From the human T2T-CHM13v2.0 reference genome, Homo sapiens: DNA of 64,000 bases. The DNA lies in the NCBI RefSeq assembly GCF_009914755.1, contig NC_060935.1; one strand, given 5' to 3'. The position numbers and the translations under genes are program-made. Positions 42,158 to 54,225 of this stretch are shown piece after piece. A model generated the notes under the pieces. The model was not told where the DNA came from, made no database searches, and saw only the letters and a list, made by a program, of their open reading frames with translations. Position 1 is the stretch's first letter; every line of letters starts with the position of its first letter.

Positions 42158-43644
42158 GGGCGCCAGGCAGGCGGGCGCCACCGCCACCCGCAGCGAGGGC
42201 GGAGCCGGCCCCAGGTGCTCCCCTGACAGTCCCTCCTCTCCGGAGCATTTTGATACCAGAAGGGAAAGCTTCATTCTCCTTGTTGTTGGTTGTTTTTTCC
42301 TTTGCTCTTTCCCCCTTCCATCTCTGACTTAAGCAAAAGAAAAAGATTACCCAAAAACTGTCTTTAAAAGAGAGAGAGAGAAAAAAAAAATAGTATTTGC
42401 ATAACCCTGAGCGGTGGGGGAGGAGGGTTGTGCTACAGATGATAGAGGATTTTATACCCCAATAATCAACTCGTTTTTATATTAATGTACTTGTTTCTCT
42501 GTTGTAAGAATAGGCATTAACACAAAGGAGGCGTCTCGGGAGAGGATTAGGTTCCATCCTTTACGTGTTTAAAAAAAAGCATAAAAACATTTTAAAAACA
42601 TAGAAAAATTCAGCAAACCATTTTTAAAGTAGAAGAGGGTTTTAGGTAGAAAAACATATTCTTGTGCTTTTCCTGATAAAGCACAGCTGTAGTGGGGTTC
42701 TAGGCATCTCTGTACTTTGCTTGCTCATATGCATGTAGTCACTTTATAAGTCATTGTATGTTATTATATTCCGTAGGTAGATGTGTAACCTCTTCACCTT
42801 ATTCATGGCTGAAGTCACCTCTTGGTTACAGTAGCGTAGCGTGCCCGTGTGCATGTCCTTTGCGCCTGTGACCACCACCCCAACAAACCATCCAGTGACA
42901 AACCATCCAGTGGAGGTTTGTCGGGCACCAGCCAGCGTAGCAGGGTCGGGAAAGGCCACCTGTCCCACTCCTACGATACGCTACTATAAAGAGAAGACGA
43001 AATAGTGACATAATATATTCTATTTTTATACTCTTCCTATTTTTGTAGTGACCTGTTTATGAGATGCTGGTTTTCTACCCAACGGCCCTGCAGCCAGCTC
43101 ACGTCCAGGTTCAACCCACAGCTACTTGGTTTGTGTTCTTCTTCATATTCTAAAACCATTCCATTTCCAAGCACTTTCAGTCCAATAGGTGTAGGAAATA
43201 GCGCTGTTTTTGTTGTGTGTGCAGGGAGGGCAGTTTTCTAATGGAATGGTTTGGGAATATCCATGTACTTGTTTGCAAGCAGGACTTTGAGGCAAGTGTG
43301 GGCCACTGTGGTGGCAGTGGAGGTGGGGTGTTTGGGAGGCTGCGTGCCAGTCAAGAAGAAAAAGGTTTGCATTCTCACATTGCCAGGATGATAAGTTCCT
43401 TTCCTTTTCTTTAAAGAAGTTGAAGTTTAGGAATCCTTTGGTGCCAACTGGTGTTTGAAAGTAGGGACCTCAGAGGTTTACCTAGAGAACAGGTGGTTTT
43501 TAAGGGTTATCTTAGATGTTTCACACCGGAAGGTTTTTAAACACTAAAATATATAATTTATAGTTAAGGCTAAAAAGTATATTTATTGCAGAGGATGTTC
43601 ATAAGGCCAGTATGATTTATAAATGCAATCTCCCCTTGATTTAA

Positions 43645-43681
43645 ACACACAGATACACACACACACACACACACACACACA
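43645..43681. repeat. (CA)n microsatellite in the CCND1 3' UTR
   Basis: Direct reading. Confidence 0.95.
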
Positions 43682-45330
43682 AACCTTCTGCCTTTGATGT
43701 TACAGATTTAATACAGTTTATTTTTAAAGATAGATCCTTTTATAGGTGAGAAAAAAACAATCTGGAAGAAAAAAACCACACAAAGACATTGATTCAGCCT
43801 GTTTGGCGTTTCCCAGAGTCATCTGATTGGACAGGCATGGGTGCAAGGAAAATTAGGGTACTCAACCTAAGTTCGGTTCCGATGAATTCTTATCCCCTGC
43901 CCCTTCCTTTAAAAAACTTAGTGACAAAATAGACAATTTGCACATCTTGGCTATGTAATTCTTGTAATTTTTATTTAGGAAGTGTTGAAGGGAGGTGGCA
44001 AGAGTGTGGAGGCTGACGTGTGAGGGAGGACAGGCGGGAGGAGGTGTGAGGAGGAGGCTCCCGAGGGGAAGGGGCGGTGCCCACACCGGGGACAGGCCGC
44101 AGCTCCATTTTCTTATTGCGCTGCTACCGTTGACTTCCAGGCACGGTTTGGAAATATTCACATCGCTTCTGTGTATCTCTTTCACATTGTTTGCTGCTAT
44201 TGGAGGATCAGTTTTTTGTTTTACAATGTCATATACTGCCATGTACTAGTTTTAGTTTTCTCTTAGAACATTGTATTACAGATGCCTTTTTTGTAGTTTT
44301 TTTTTTTTTTATGTGATCAATTTTGACTTAATGTGATTACTGCTCTATTCCAAAAAGGTTGCTGTTTCACAATACCTCATGCTTCACTTAGCCATGGTGG
44401 ACCCAGCGGGCAGGTTCTGCCTGCTTTGGCGGGCAGACACGCGGGCGCGATCCCACACAGGCTGGCGGGGGCCGGCCCCGAGGCCGCGTGCGTGAGAACC
44501 GCGCCGGTGTCCCCAGAGACCAGGCTGTGTCCCTCTTCTCTTCCCTGCGCCTGTGATGCTGGGCACTTCATCTGATCGGGGGCGTAGCATCATAGTAGTT
44601 TTTACAGCTGTGTTATTCTTTGCGTGTAGCTATGGAAGTTGCATAATTATTATTATTATTATTATAACAAGTGTGTCTTACGTGCCACCACGGCGTTGTA
44701 CCTGTAGGACTCTCATTCGGGATGATTGGAATAGCTTCTGGAATTTGTTCAAGTTTTGGGTATGTTTAATCTGTTATGTACTAGTGTTCTGTTTGTTATT
44801 GTTTTGTTAATTACACCATAATGCTAATTTAAAGAGACTCCAAATCTCAATGAAGCCAGCTCACAGTGCTGTGTGCCCCGGTCACCTAGCAAGCTGCCGA
44901 ACCAAAAGAATTTGCACCCCGCTGCGGGCCCACGTGGTTGGGGCCCTGCCCTGGCAGGGTCATCCTGTGCTCGGAGGCCATCTCGGGCACAGGCCCACCC
45001 CGCCCCACCCCTCCAGAACACGGCTCACGCTTACCTCAACCATCCTGGCTGCGGCGTCTGTCTGAACCACGCGGGGGCCTTGAGGGACGCTTTGTCTGTC
45101 GTGATGGGGCAAGGGCACAAGTCCTGGATGTTGTGTGTATCGAGAGGCCAAAGGCTGGTGGCAAGTGCACGGGGCACAGCGGAGTCTGTCCTGTGACGCG
45201 CAAGTCTGAGGGTCTGGGCGGCGGGCGGCTGGGTCTGTGCATTTCTGGTTGCACCGCGGCGCTTCCCAGCACCAACATGTAACCGGCATGTTTCCAGCAG
45301 AAGACAAAAAGACAAACATGAAAGTCTAGA

Positions 45331-45336
45331 AATAAA
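45331..45336 (+). terminator. CCND1: Major CCND1 poly(A) signal
   Basis: AATAAA followed ~15-35 nt later by a GT/T-rich stretch (cgtggtgcctgcctctttgc). Confidence 0.9.
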
Positions 45337-45369
45337 ACTGGTAAAACCCCAGCGTGGTGCCTGCCTCTT

Positions 45370-46000
45370 TGCTTCCTGGGCTGGCCGTGAGCCAGGGACG
45401 CGTGTCCTGGTGCCCTAGAACCAGGGCAGGGTGGCAGGCTTGGCGGATGTGGGAGGCCGCAGCCTGTCCTGTGCGCTGTGGGAAGTTCAGCAGCATCCTG
45501 ACCTCCATCCCCGGGATGACAGTCACGCCACCCGCCGTGACAACCAAGAATGTCTCCTGACACTGCCACATCCCCGGGGGTGGGGACAGAATCCAGCCAG
45601 GAGCAGGCACACCCCTCCCAACTGGGAGGAAGCCCTCAGCACAGGTGTGTGAGGTGGGAGGCGGTGTCCTGTCCCCGGGAGGCTCCAGAGAATAATTTGC
45701 AGGCTGCCTGGCTGGGTGAGCCCACCTCCAACCACGCGAGACAACAGCTCCGGCCTGGGTGACGTGAGCGGTGCCCATTGATGGGGAACATCTTCCCCCT
45801 CTTCCTTGCCCCACCAGTTTGTCTTCCCGGGTTATTTGCAGATAGGAAAATAAATAAAGCCGGCATTCGTTAACCCTCTTCTGGCGCAAACTGCTGTTTG
45901 CTCTGGATGAATCATGGTCCTTTGGCGACGCCAGGCTCCGGGAGAGCAAAGCACCGTGTCAGGGCCATGATCCGGGGTGGCCTTTCACTGGGATCGTGGG
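45370..46000. promoter_or_regulatory. Enhancer-like region just downstream of CCND1
   Basis: Perfect NFI palindrome CTGGC-N5-GCCAG 45381-45395; CRE-like TGACGT ~45760; forkhead-like TATTTGC ~45833, AAATAAATA ~45848 and TGTTTGC ~45895. Consistent with the described ER/FOXA1 enhancer 3' of CCND1. Confidence 0.6.
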
Positions 46001-47197
46001 GACCTGGAGGCCGCCTTATAGGACACCCATGACGCCCACCTCTGGATTTCAGGTGCACGTGACTGGACTTAACTTCAAACCCCAGGGTGGAGGCAGGTAG
46101 TGGGAGTGCCCTGGGAAGGTGTCCTCGGACCTTGGTCACTGCTCCTGAACCCATCTGTGAGGCTGGTTTGTCCTCATCCCAAGCTAAGTGGAAGCTCAGG
46201 TCCCAAGCCACCGATGGGTGCTACTTGTCAGCTGCAGGTTGAATCTCCGTGGCCTTTATGAAGCACCTGCTGTCTACCCTTCCTGCCTTGTAGAGCACTC
46301 CTCCCAGGGCTCAACAGTGGGGCCGGGGTGGTCGGTGTGTTGGCTCCACAGGCGCCTGCCCTGGGAGGAAGGTGGGGTGTGGAGGGAAACGCTTGGCCCC
46401 TGTAGGTCTCCACCAGCCTCTCCCCTGAGGGTGGGGGCTCCGGGAGCCTTCCTCGAGGGAGTCCTATATTGAGTGGGTGGGGGAGCCTGCAAGGTGCCCC
46501 TGACAGGTCACATCAGAAAGAGCTCAAGGGACAGTCGGAGCCAGAGGTGACACTGGTGGCCACTCGGGTGGCTCACAAGGCCCAGCTCCTCCTTGCTCCT
46601 GGGCAAATTACTCTGAAGGCAGGGACCAGGTCTGCACCATTGCGGCTCTCCAGTTCCAGGCAATGGCCAGGTCCTGTGTCAGGGCTGGGGTCCTAGGGAA
46701 GCCATGTCCCCACCCCCGGCCTGCAGCTGGGTTTACATTCATCCCCCGAGAGCACATGGGTGTAGCAGGAGGCCTGTGCAGAGAGCTCCGACCATCGCAC
46801 AGGGCACCTTTGGTTGTTTCACGGAGCAGGCAAGGGAGCCATCGGATCCTGTTAGGTTTGAGCAAGGATGTGGGGAAGAAGCTGGAGAGCCACTTTGCCA
46901 TGCAGGGAGAGGAGCACATGGGTCTAGGGATCTACTTTAGTGTTTGGAAGGTTTTTTAAGATGAAAGAGGGATGTGTAGGCTGATAGGTCTGGCAGAGCC
47001 AAAAGGCAGCGACATGTCTACTGGGAGAGATGGAGCTGAGCGCGGGGCTCAGGCAGGGTGGCAGGGCAGGGCCGGGGCCCTGGGTGGGTCAGGTGGGTTC
47101 ACAGCCAAGTGTGTAGAGAGGGCTTGGGCCCAGAGTGAAGCAGTTGCAAGCTCTCCCACAACCCATTCTCTCTGTCTCGGCATCTGTGGCATCCCGT

Positions 47198-47382
47198 GAT
47201 GGGTGGGTCTGTACACACCCCACCCCTGGCTGTGCCACAATGGGGGTGTCTGTACACCCCTCACCCCTGGCTGTGCCACGATGGGGGGGTCTGTACACCC
47301 CCCATCCCTGGCTGTGCCACGATGGGGGGTTCTGTACATCCCCCAGTGATGGGTGGGTCTATACATCGTGGTTATGCCACGA
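47198..47382. repeat. 41-bp minisatellite (3 full plus 2 partial copies)
   Basis: Unit ~GATGGGGGGGTCTGTACACCCCCCACCCCTGGCTGTGCCAC starting at 47198, 47239, 47280, 47321 and 47348. Confidence 0.92.
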
Positions 47383-47392
47383 GCTCCAAGGC

Positions 47393-47751
47393 TGTATCAG
47401 TCCGTTTTCACACTGCTAACAAAGACATACCCGAGACTGGGTAATTTATAAAGAAAAAGAGGTTTAATAGACTCACAGTTCTACGTAGCTGGGAGGCCTC
47501 ACCATCACGGCGGAAGGCGAAAGGCCCGTCTTCCATGGCAGCAGGCAAGAGAGAATGAGACTCAAGTGAAAGGGGAAACCCCTATAAAACCATCAGATCT
47601 GCTGAGACTTGTTCACCACCATGGGAACAGTATAGGGGAAACTGCCCCATGATTCAATCACCTCCCACCGGGTCCCTCCCACAACACGTGGGAATTATGG
47701 GAGCTACAATTCAAGATGAGATTTGGGTGGGGACACAGCCAAACCATATCA
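47393..47751 (-). mobile_element. THE1 (B/C-like) solo LTR
   Basis: TG...CA termini; 5-bp TSD AAGGC at 47388-47392 and 47752-47756. Confidence 0.9.
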
Positions 47752-49729
47752 AAGGCATCGTCTGGCCACTCTAGGCCCTTGTTCCCAACTCTCAAACTCC
47801 ACTGACATCACCTCTGTGCCTGCAACCCCTCCTGGGATTCAGTGGAGACCTCGTCCCTTGTTGGAGTATCTGCGCTACCCAGAGGGTGATGGTAAAAACT
47901 GACCTTTGAGGAACTTCAGAGACAAAGCCTTCCGCAGTCAGCTCTCCCTGCAGCCCCTTCGCAGAAGCCTGTCCTCACACGCCCGCCACCCCTACCTGCC
48001 CTGCCTCCTGGCCCATCTCCCTGCAGCCAGACAGTCCTCATCCATTCTTCATCCTCTGCCCCCAACCCCCAGCCTTCCTATCTCCCTTCAGCTCCGTCCA
48101 AGGTCCCTGGGACTCAGCCCCATCTCTCCCCAGCCTTGACCCCAATAAGCTCGATGTCTTTGCCCAGGAGCTCCTGACACACCAGACTGCATCCAGCTTC
48201 CTGTTCTGCGCTTGGCCCACCGCCTCGGTCCACAGGAACCTTCATCTCTGCTCTGACTGTAAGGATGGGCTCTCTGAGGGCTTCCCCACCCCACAGCAGG
48301 CAGGTGGTTCTGGGAGTCTGGGATTGTCATGCCTGGGCACCTTCCTGCTCTGGCTGAGCCCCTCCAGGACGGAAATCTCCCAGATTTCTCTCTGCCTCCG
48401 TCTCCCCACCCTGGCATACAGTGGGTCCTAGGAAGGGGGCCGAATGGAAGGGAGGTCGTGTCGGCTCCTACAGGGCAGCCCCAAGCTGCTGGGCTGAGGT
48501 GCAGAGCCATGGGTCCAGCCTGACCCGCATGCCGGGAGCTGATTCCATGGCTGGAAGGGTCGGGGGTTCCCCAGGAGCCCAGACAGCACCTAGAGTTGTC
48601 ACAAGGAGTGAAAGGCCCTGAGGGGACAGAGGAAGGAGGCTGGGCAGAGTGGGCACGTGGACTTCGGACCGCGCTTGTGGGATAACAGTGGCTAGGGCTG
48701 TGCAGAGGGTGGTGCACTGCCCATGGGAGTCCAGAGAAGCCAGGTCCAGTGGCAGTGGCATGCATCCGGCAATCCCTCCGGCTACCCTGCATGCAGCGTG
48801 ACCCTCCTTGAAGCACCCCAGGAAGCAGTCACAGCCTCGCTCTGCCCAGCATTGGGGGCCTGGCCTCTGAATCTGGTGGGGAAGGCTGTGTTGCCTGCTG
48901 GCACCCGCTCTATCACCAGTCCCACCATAAGGCTAGTCCCCAAAGTCAGCACTGCAGCCAGGGCCAGCGAGGGCCAGCAAGGGCAGGCCTGTGCAGGGGC
49001 TGCAGCGTGGGGTGTGCGTCCCGCACTCTGGGCCAGCCTCGCAGCTCACAGGGCTCTGTCATCCCAGGAATGTCTTTGATCAAGAGTTTATGCAAGACGA
49101 GGAAAGCAAGCCCAGGACCTCTAATCCGTTCCCACAGTCCCCTGCCCGCCAGGGCCCCACAAGCCCAGCGCCACACCGCCAGGCCTGAGCAGACAATAGC
49201 AGGCGGACGGGTGGGCGGGCAGCTCTGGGGCCGCTGGCCTTGGGGCCCACATCCGGGAGCATTGTCACCGCCACTCACGAGGGCACACAAGGAGGGCTGG
49301 GGAAGAGAGAATGCAGAGCCCTCTGCTGAAGGGGCTTCGGTGGGCCTTGAGCCTTTCAAAGACGGCGGTGTCCATTAATCCTTTTAATTTGCACCTAGCG
49401 GCAGCTGAGACAAGCCTCTCAACCGGCAGCCACTTTAAGAGCTGAGTGGTCTAACCCGAGGATCAGCTCCTATTCCAGACCCTGGGCCCTCTGAGCCTGT
49501 CGAGGCAGTCCTCCTTGCCTTTGTTTAATCACGGGAGGAATCGCAGCTGGAGGTTACTGAGCACGCACTGTGTGCCTTGTGCTCAACACCGAACACAGTT
49601 TCTCTCTGAGTTTTGCAACGACCCCATGGGTTGGTGACAGGGAGGGGACACTCTGGTGGCAGCCACAGACACAGCCCTGCCCTCCCAGAGCCTACACTCT
49701 CCCGCACACAATCATCCCATCTGCTAGGT

Positions 49730-49928
49730 CAGGGATTGGCAGGTTTTCTGGAAAGGGCCACAGAGAGAGGCTTCAGGCTTTGTGGGCCACAGGTTCTCTT
49801 GCCCTGTGCAAAAGCAGCTGCAGCCGCTCTGTGAATGAGTGAGCATGGCTGTGTGCCAATAAAGCTTTATTTACAAAAATAGGCAGCAGACTGGATTCAG
49901 GCTGAGGGTGGTAGTTTGCCGACCCCTG
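49730..49928 (+). mobile_element. MER58-like hAT DNA transposon
   Basis: cagggattggca...gtagtttgccgacccctg termini; ccaataaagctttatttacaaaaa core. Confidence 0.8.
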
Positions 49929-51313
49929 TTGTAGATGAGTAAACCGAGGCCCAGAGAGGTAAAGTAACTGAGCCAGGACTGCACAGCTAGTGTGTGACCA
50001 AGCCAGCCTGGTGGGTCAGCCTCATGGAGAAGAAAAGGCTCAAGCTTCAAAAAGGGAAATGCACGGAGGCTTCATTGGGCCATTTGCAGCCAGGCCCCAC
50101 GCACACAGCTCAGGGCCCTGCTTCGCCAGCTCCACCTGTTTCGAGGCTCCCAGTAGGTTGCCCCTGCGGGCGGCACTGTGTCTTGGCTGCTGGCCTGGAG
50201 AAGGGCAGCCAAACAGGCCGGCAGTGGACATCTGAGGGTGACCAGCTGTTTAAAAAGAAAACTCACCGGCATGTATAGGCACACATTAAGCACACACGTT
50301 TTGGAGTAAAAGGCCCTGGGGTTGGATCTCGGATCTGCAGCTTTCCAGCTGTGCGGCCTCATTTCTCTGGGCCTCAATGTTCACACCTATAACATGGGGA
50401 AATCCTGCAAGAACACAGCCCATGATGGGGAGTCGTCTCCATCTCCTACTCACGACAACGACCAGCACAGAACGGGGGCTCCATAAATCTCTGTCAATAA
50501 CTGAATTCTTTCTGGGGTGCTGAGGATTCTATGGCTCAATGTGTGTGAAGCACTGCTGAGCACCGAGCTTGGGGTGCAGTGATCACTCAGGGAACGCCAT
50601 CATCCCCTCGGCGCATCCGCATAATCACCATCAGCATTCCATGCACTGCCCAGGTCTGGAAGCACAGGCCTCCATGCCACGGCGGCCGCCTGGGTGGTGG
50701 CACCAAAGCCGATCTTACTTCCCTCCTTTGGCACATTAAGTAGACAGTTCTGGGTCTTCTTGACACCACGGATGCCCCCTCCTGGTGTTGACAGCACCCA
50801 GACTTTGCTCCAGGGAACCACCATTCCCAGATCTGTGGTTTGAGTGGGACCGAACCCATCCCCAGCTCCAGGCCAGGTCTTCATAGGCTGAAACCCAACT
50901 GCACATCCACACCCACCAGAAGAGCAGCAAGTTAATGGATGGGTGAGAAATCAAATAGAGCCATTGAGTCTTGAGGAGACATTTTCTGGAGCTTCTGAAA
51001 AAGATAATGCTTCCCCCTTCCTTAGGATTCCCAGCAGGGAAACACAAGCCCAGGGGTGGCACTGCCCCCCTGCAGCCCTAAGGGAAGACTGAGCTGCTCC
51101 CAGGACCTCACAGGGGAGGCTGAGCGTAAGGCCAGCCCTGAGGGAAAGCAGGGAATGGGTCTCCAGACAAACTGCTGGATCAAGCCTCTCCTGAAGTCAT
51201 CCCCCTTTTGTTCCAGAAGCCAATCATTGTCCTTCATTAAGTCAGTTTGATATGGGCACTGTGTCATTTGGTTTTCAAAGACACTTAACTATTACAGCTT
51301 GTGTGTGTTTTCT

Positions 51314-51603
<290 letters not shown>

Positions 51604-52224
51604 GCTTGTGTGTGTTTTCTACCTCTTCTAGATCTAACATGTTATGATTGATATAAACAACAGGAGCGACTGACAAAGTTACCATGTGATCTTGGAATTT
51701 CAACATGCCTGTCTTGCTTAGCTGGGAGTTCCACAGGGTCAGGGAATGACTCCTCTTGGGGCCACCAGTGCCCAGAAGTATGCCTAGAACTGCTCTGTCT
51801 GAAGGGACAGGTCCCTCTTCCATGGCACACACTCTGTGTGTAACAGAGCACACGTGTGACCAAACTGACCTGGAGAAAGGGCCTGACCACATCCATATCC
51901 CAAGTTCTGAGGCCGGATAGTGCCTGCAGGGGCTGAGACCAGGGGAGAGGCTCAAGCCAGCCTTCTCTGGTGGACCCTGACTCAGTCCTCTGTGCAGGGC
52001 AGCTGCGCCTCCCAGAAGGCAGAGGCCTCTTGGAGAGTGAGCCTTGCGGTCACAGCGCCTTTCGGGGGCTCCCGCCACTTGCCCTCAGTGGCGGCTGAGA
52101 CCTGGGGGAGTCCAGGCAAATCCCTGAGGAGGCCCCACATGCAAGGCCAGAAGTGTCTGGATGGTGTGGCCGGCACCCTTACCCTCCAGACCAGCAAACG
52201 AAGCCCAGGCAGGGAGAGGGGCCT

Positions 52225-52986
52225 TGTAGTTTTCTGTGGCTGCTGTAATGAATTTTCACACACTCAGCAGCTTAAAACAACCAACATTTCTCTCATAGTT
52301 CCAGAGGCCAGCAGTGTCTGCAGTGCCCGCTCTCTCCCAGCTTCTGGTGGTTTCGGGCGACCTTCGGCTCTTCTCAGCTGGTCCATGCGCAGCTCCAAAC
52401 TCGGCCTCTGTCCTCACAGGGCTATCGGCCCCATGTCTTCACGTGGCAGTCTCTCCTCTGTGCCACTGGCTCCCGTCCCCTTAAAAGGACACCAGTCATA
52501 TTGGACGAAGGGGCCACCCTACTCTAGTATGACCTCACCTTAACTTACATCTTTTTTTTTGGGGGGGGACAAAGTCTTGCTCTGTTGCCTGAGCTGGAGT
52601 GCAGTGACGTGATCTCAGCTCACTGCAACCTCCGCCTCCCGGGTTTAAGTGATTATCTTGCCTCACTCAGCCTCCCGAGTAACTGGGAAATACAGGCACC
52701 ACCATCATGCCTGGCTAATTTTTAAATTATTATTCTTTTTAGTAGAGAGAGGGTTTCACTGTGTTGGCCAGGCTGGTCTCCAACTCCTGACTTCGTGATC
52801 CACCTACCTTAGCCTCCCAAAGTGCTGGGATTACAGGCGTGAGCCACTTCGCCTGGCCCAATTTACATCTTAAAAAAATCTACAAAGACCCTATTTCCTA
52901 TTTCCAAGTAAAGTCACAGAAGCTAAAGTACCAGAAGCTAGGACTTCAACGTTTCCTTTTGCGGATACAATTCAATTTGCAACAGA
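52225..52986 (-). mobile_element. MLT1 LTR interrupted by an Alu
   Basis: MLT1-like ttaaaaggacaccagtcatattgga...ccctactctagtatgacctcaccttaac on both sides of the Alu. Confidence 0.75.
52552..52858 (-). mobile_element. Alu
   Basis: Reverse consensus; TSD AA(C/T)TTACATCTT. Confidence 0.93.
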
Positions 52987-53881
52987 CTTGGGCTCTCAAA
53001 GCCTGGAAGCAGCCTCCACAGTCCCCTCGAATTTCAGGGGCACATACTCACTGGAACCAGCAGAGGGACATCAATCCATGAGCCTCTAGCTCAGCAAGCA
53101 TCACATACTCTACATGTTCAGGTATCGCCTGAGATAAAGGCTTCCATCCCTGCAACCCAAGCCCAGCTGCTCTGGTAAAGGGTGCCAGAGAGACACAGCC
53201 AAGGCGTTATCCTGATGGGGGTGTCACCAAGGGGTAGACGCCAAGGCCTCGATGCCACCTGAGTTTACCAGCCGGGGAGAGTTAAGAAAAAGTGTATGCG
53301 CAAGGAGCGGCTTTCCTTCTTGGAAGTTAATCTGAGAGGTCCCAGCGGAACCCTTAGTCACGCTGGCTTGGACAACTCACTGAACCCTTGAGGCCTGGCT
53401 CCTCGCCTGCAGGCCCCGTGTCCTGTGAAGCACCAAACACAGTGACCCATTTTTCTCAGATCTTAAGAACTCTGTGACTTCAGTTTCCTGAGTCACAAAC
53501 CAGTTCCTCATTTGATTCATTAAGGACCAGAATAACGGTGGGAATTAGGATAAGCTTGCGTGATCATGACACTTTTTGGTATCTCCAGATTACGTTGGCG
53601 TTTTCAGGTAGAGTGGGAGAGACTTCTCCGCGGTGTTGTGAGGCCAGATGAACGCTCGCAAAGCTCAGTACGAAGGTCATCTCCTCCTTTGCCCACCTTC
53701 TCATTCCCTCCCCTCCCCTGGGCTCCCAAAGTGCCAGAGGCGTCGCTAGGAGAGACCTGCTCACGGGGTCTGGGGCAGCTAAAGACCCATCCAGGCACTG
53801 CCTCTCCTACAGGCTGCCAGCATGGATCCTTTTCCATAAATTCATCTGCTTTTGCCTCAATCTGGCCTCAGTCTGCTAGAT

Positions 53882-54225
53882 CAGGGGGTCCCCCATCCCC
53901 AGGCTGTGGACCGGCACCAGTCCATGACCAGTTAGGAACCGGGCCCCACAGCAGGAGGTGAGCAGCAGACAAGAGAAGATTACCGCCCGAGCTCCGCCTC
54001 CTGTTAGATCAGCAGCGGCATTCGATTCTCATAGGAGCGGGAACCCTATTGTGAATTGCACACGTGAGGGATGTAAGGTGCGTGCTCCTTACAAGAATCT
54101 AATGCCTGATGATCTGAGGTGGAACAGTTTCATCCCCAAACCATCCCCCACCACCAAGCCCTGTCCATGGAAAAACTGTCTTTCACAAAACCAGTCCCTG
54201 GTGTCAAAAAGGCTGGGGACTGCTG
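53882..54225 (+). mobile_element. MER1B-like hAT DNA transposon
   Basis: cagggggtcccc...ggggactgctg termini; 8-bp TSD TGCTAGAT/TGCCAGAT. Confidence 0.88.

Larger units (their letters stand above)
31980..45351 (+). other. CCND1: CCND1 gene span (approximate TSS region to major poly(A) cleavage site)
   Basis: Five GT-AG exons join into the 295-aa cyclin D1 sequence; CpG-island promoter upstream; AATAAA at 45331. The transcript ends are approximate and rely on recalled mRNA structure. Confidence 0.95.
42158..45351 (+). other. CCND1: CCND1 long 3' UTR with AU-rich elements and miRNA seed matches
   Basis: Seed matches read from sequence: miR-17/20 GCACTTT 43171-43177; miR-193 GGCCAGTA 43605-43612; miR-19 TTTGCACA 43937-43944; miR-15/16 GCTGCTA 44120-44126 and TGCTGCTA 44192-44199; miR-34 ACTGCCA 44235-44241; let-7 TACCTCA 44373-44379. 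Several ATTTA motifs. Confidence 0.9.

Noticed and set aside
47198-47382. Repeat array considered as CRISPR-like
   Set aside because: Head-to-tail units with no unique spacers, no cas genes, human context; it is a minisatellite
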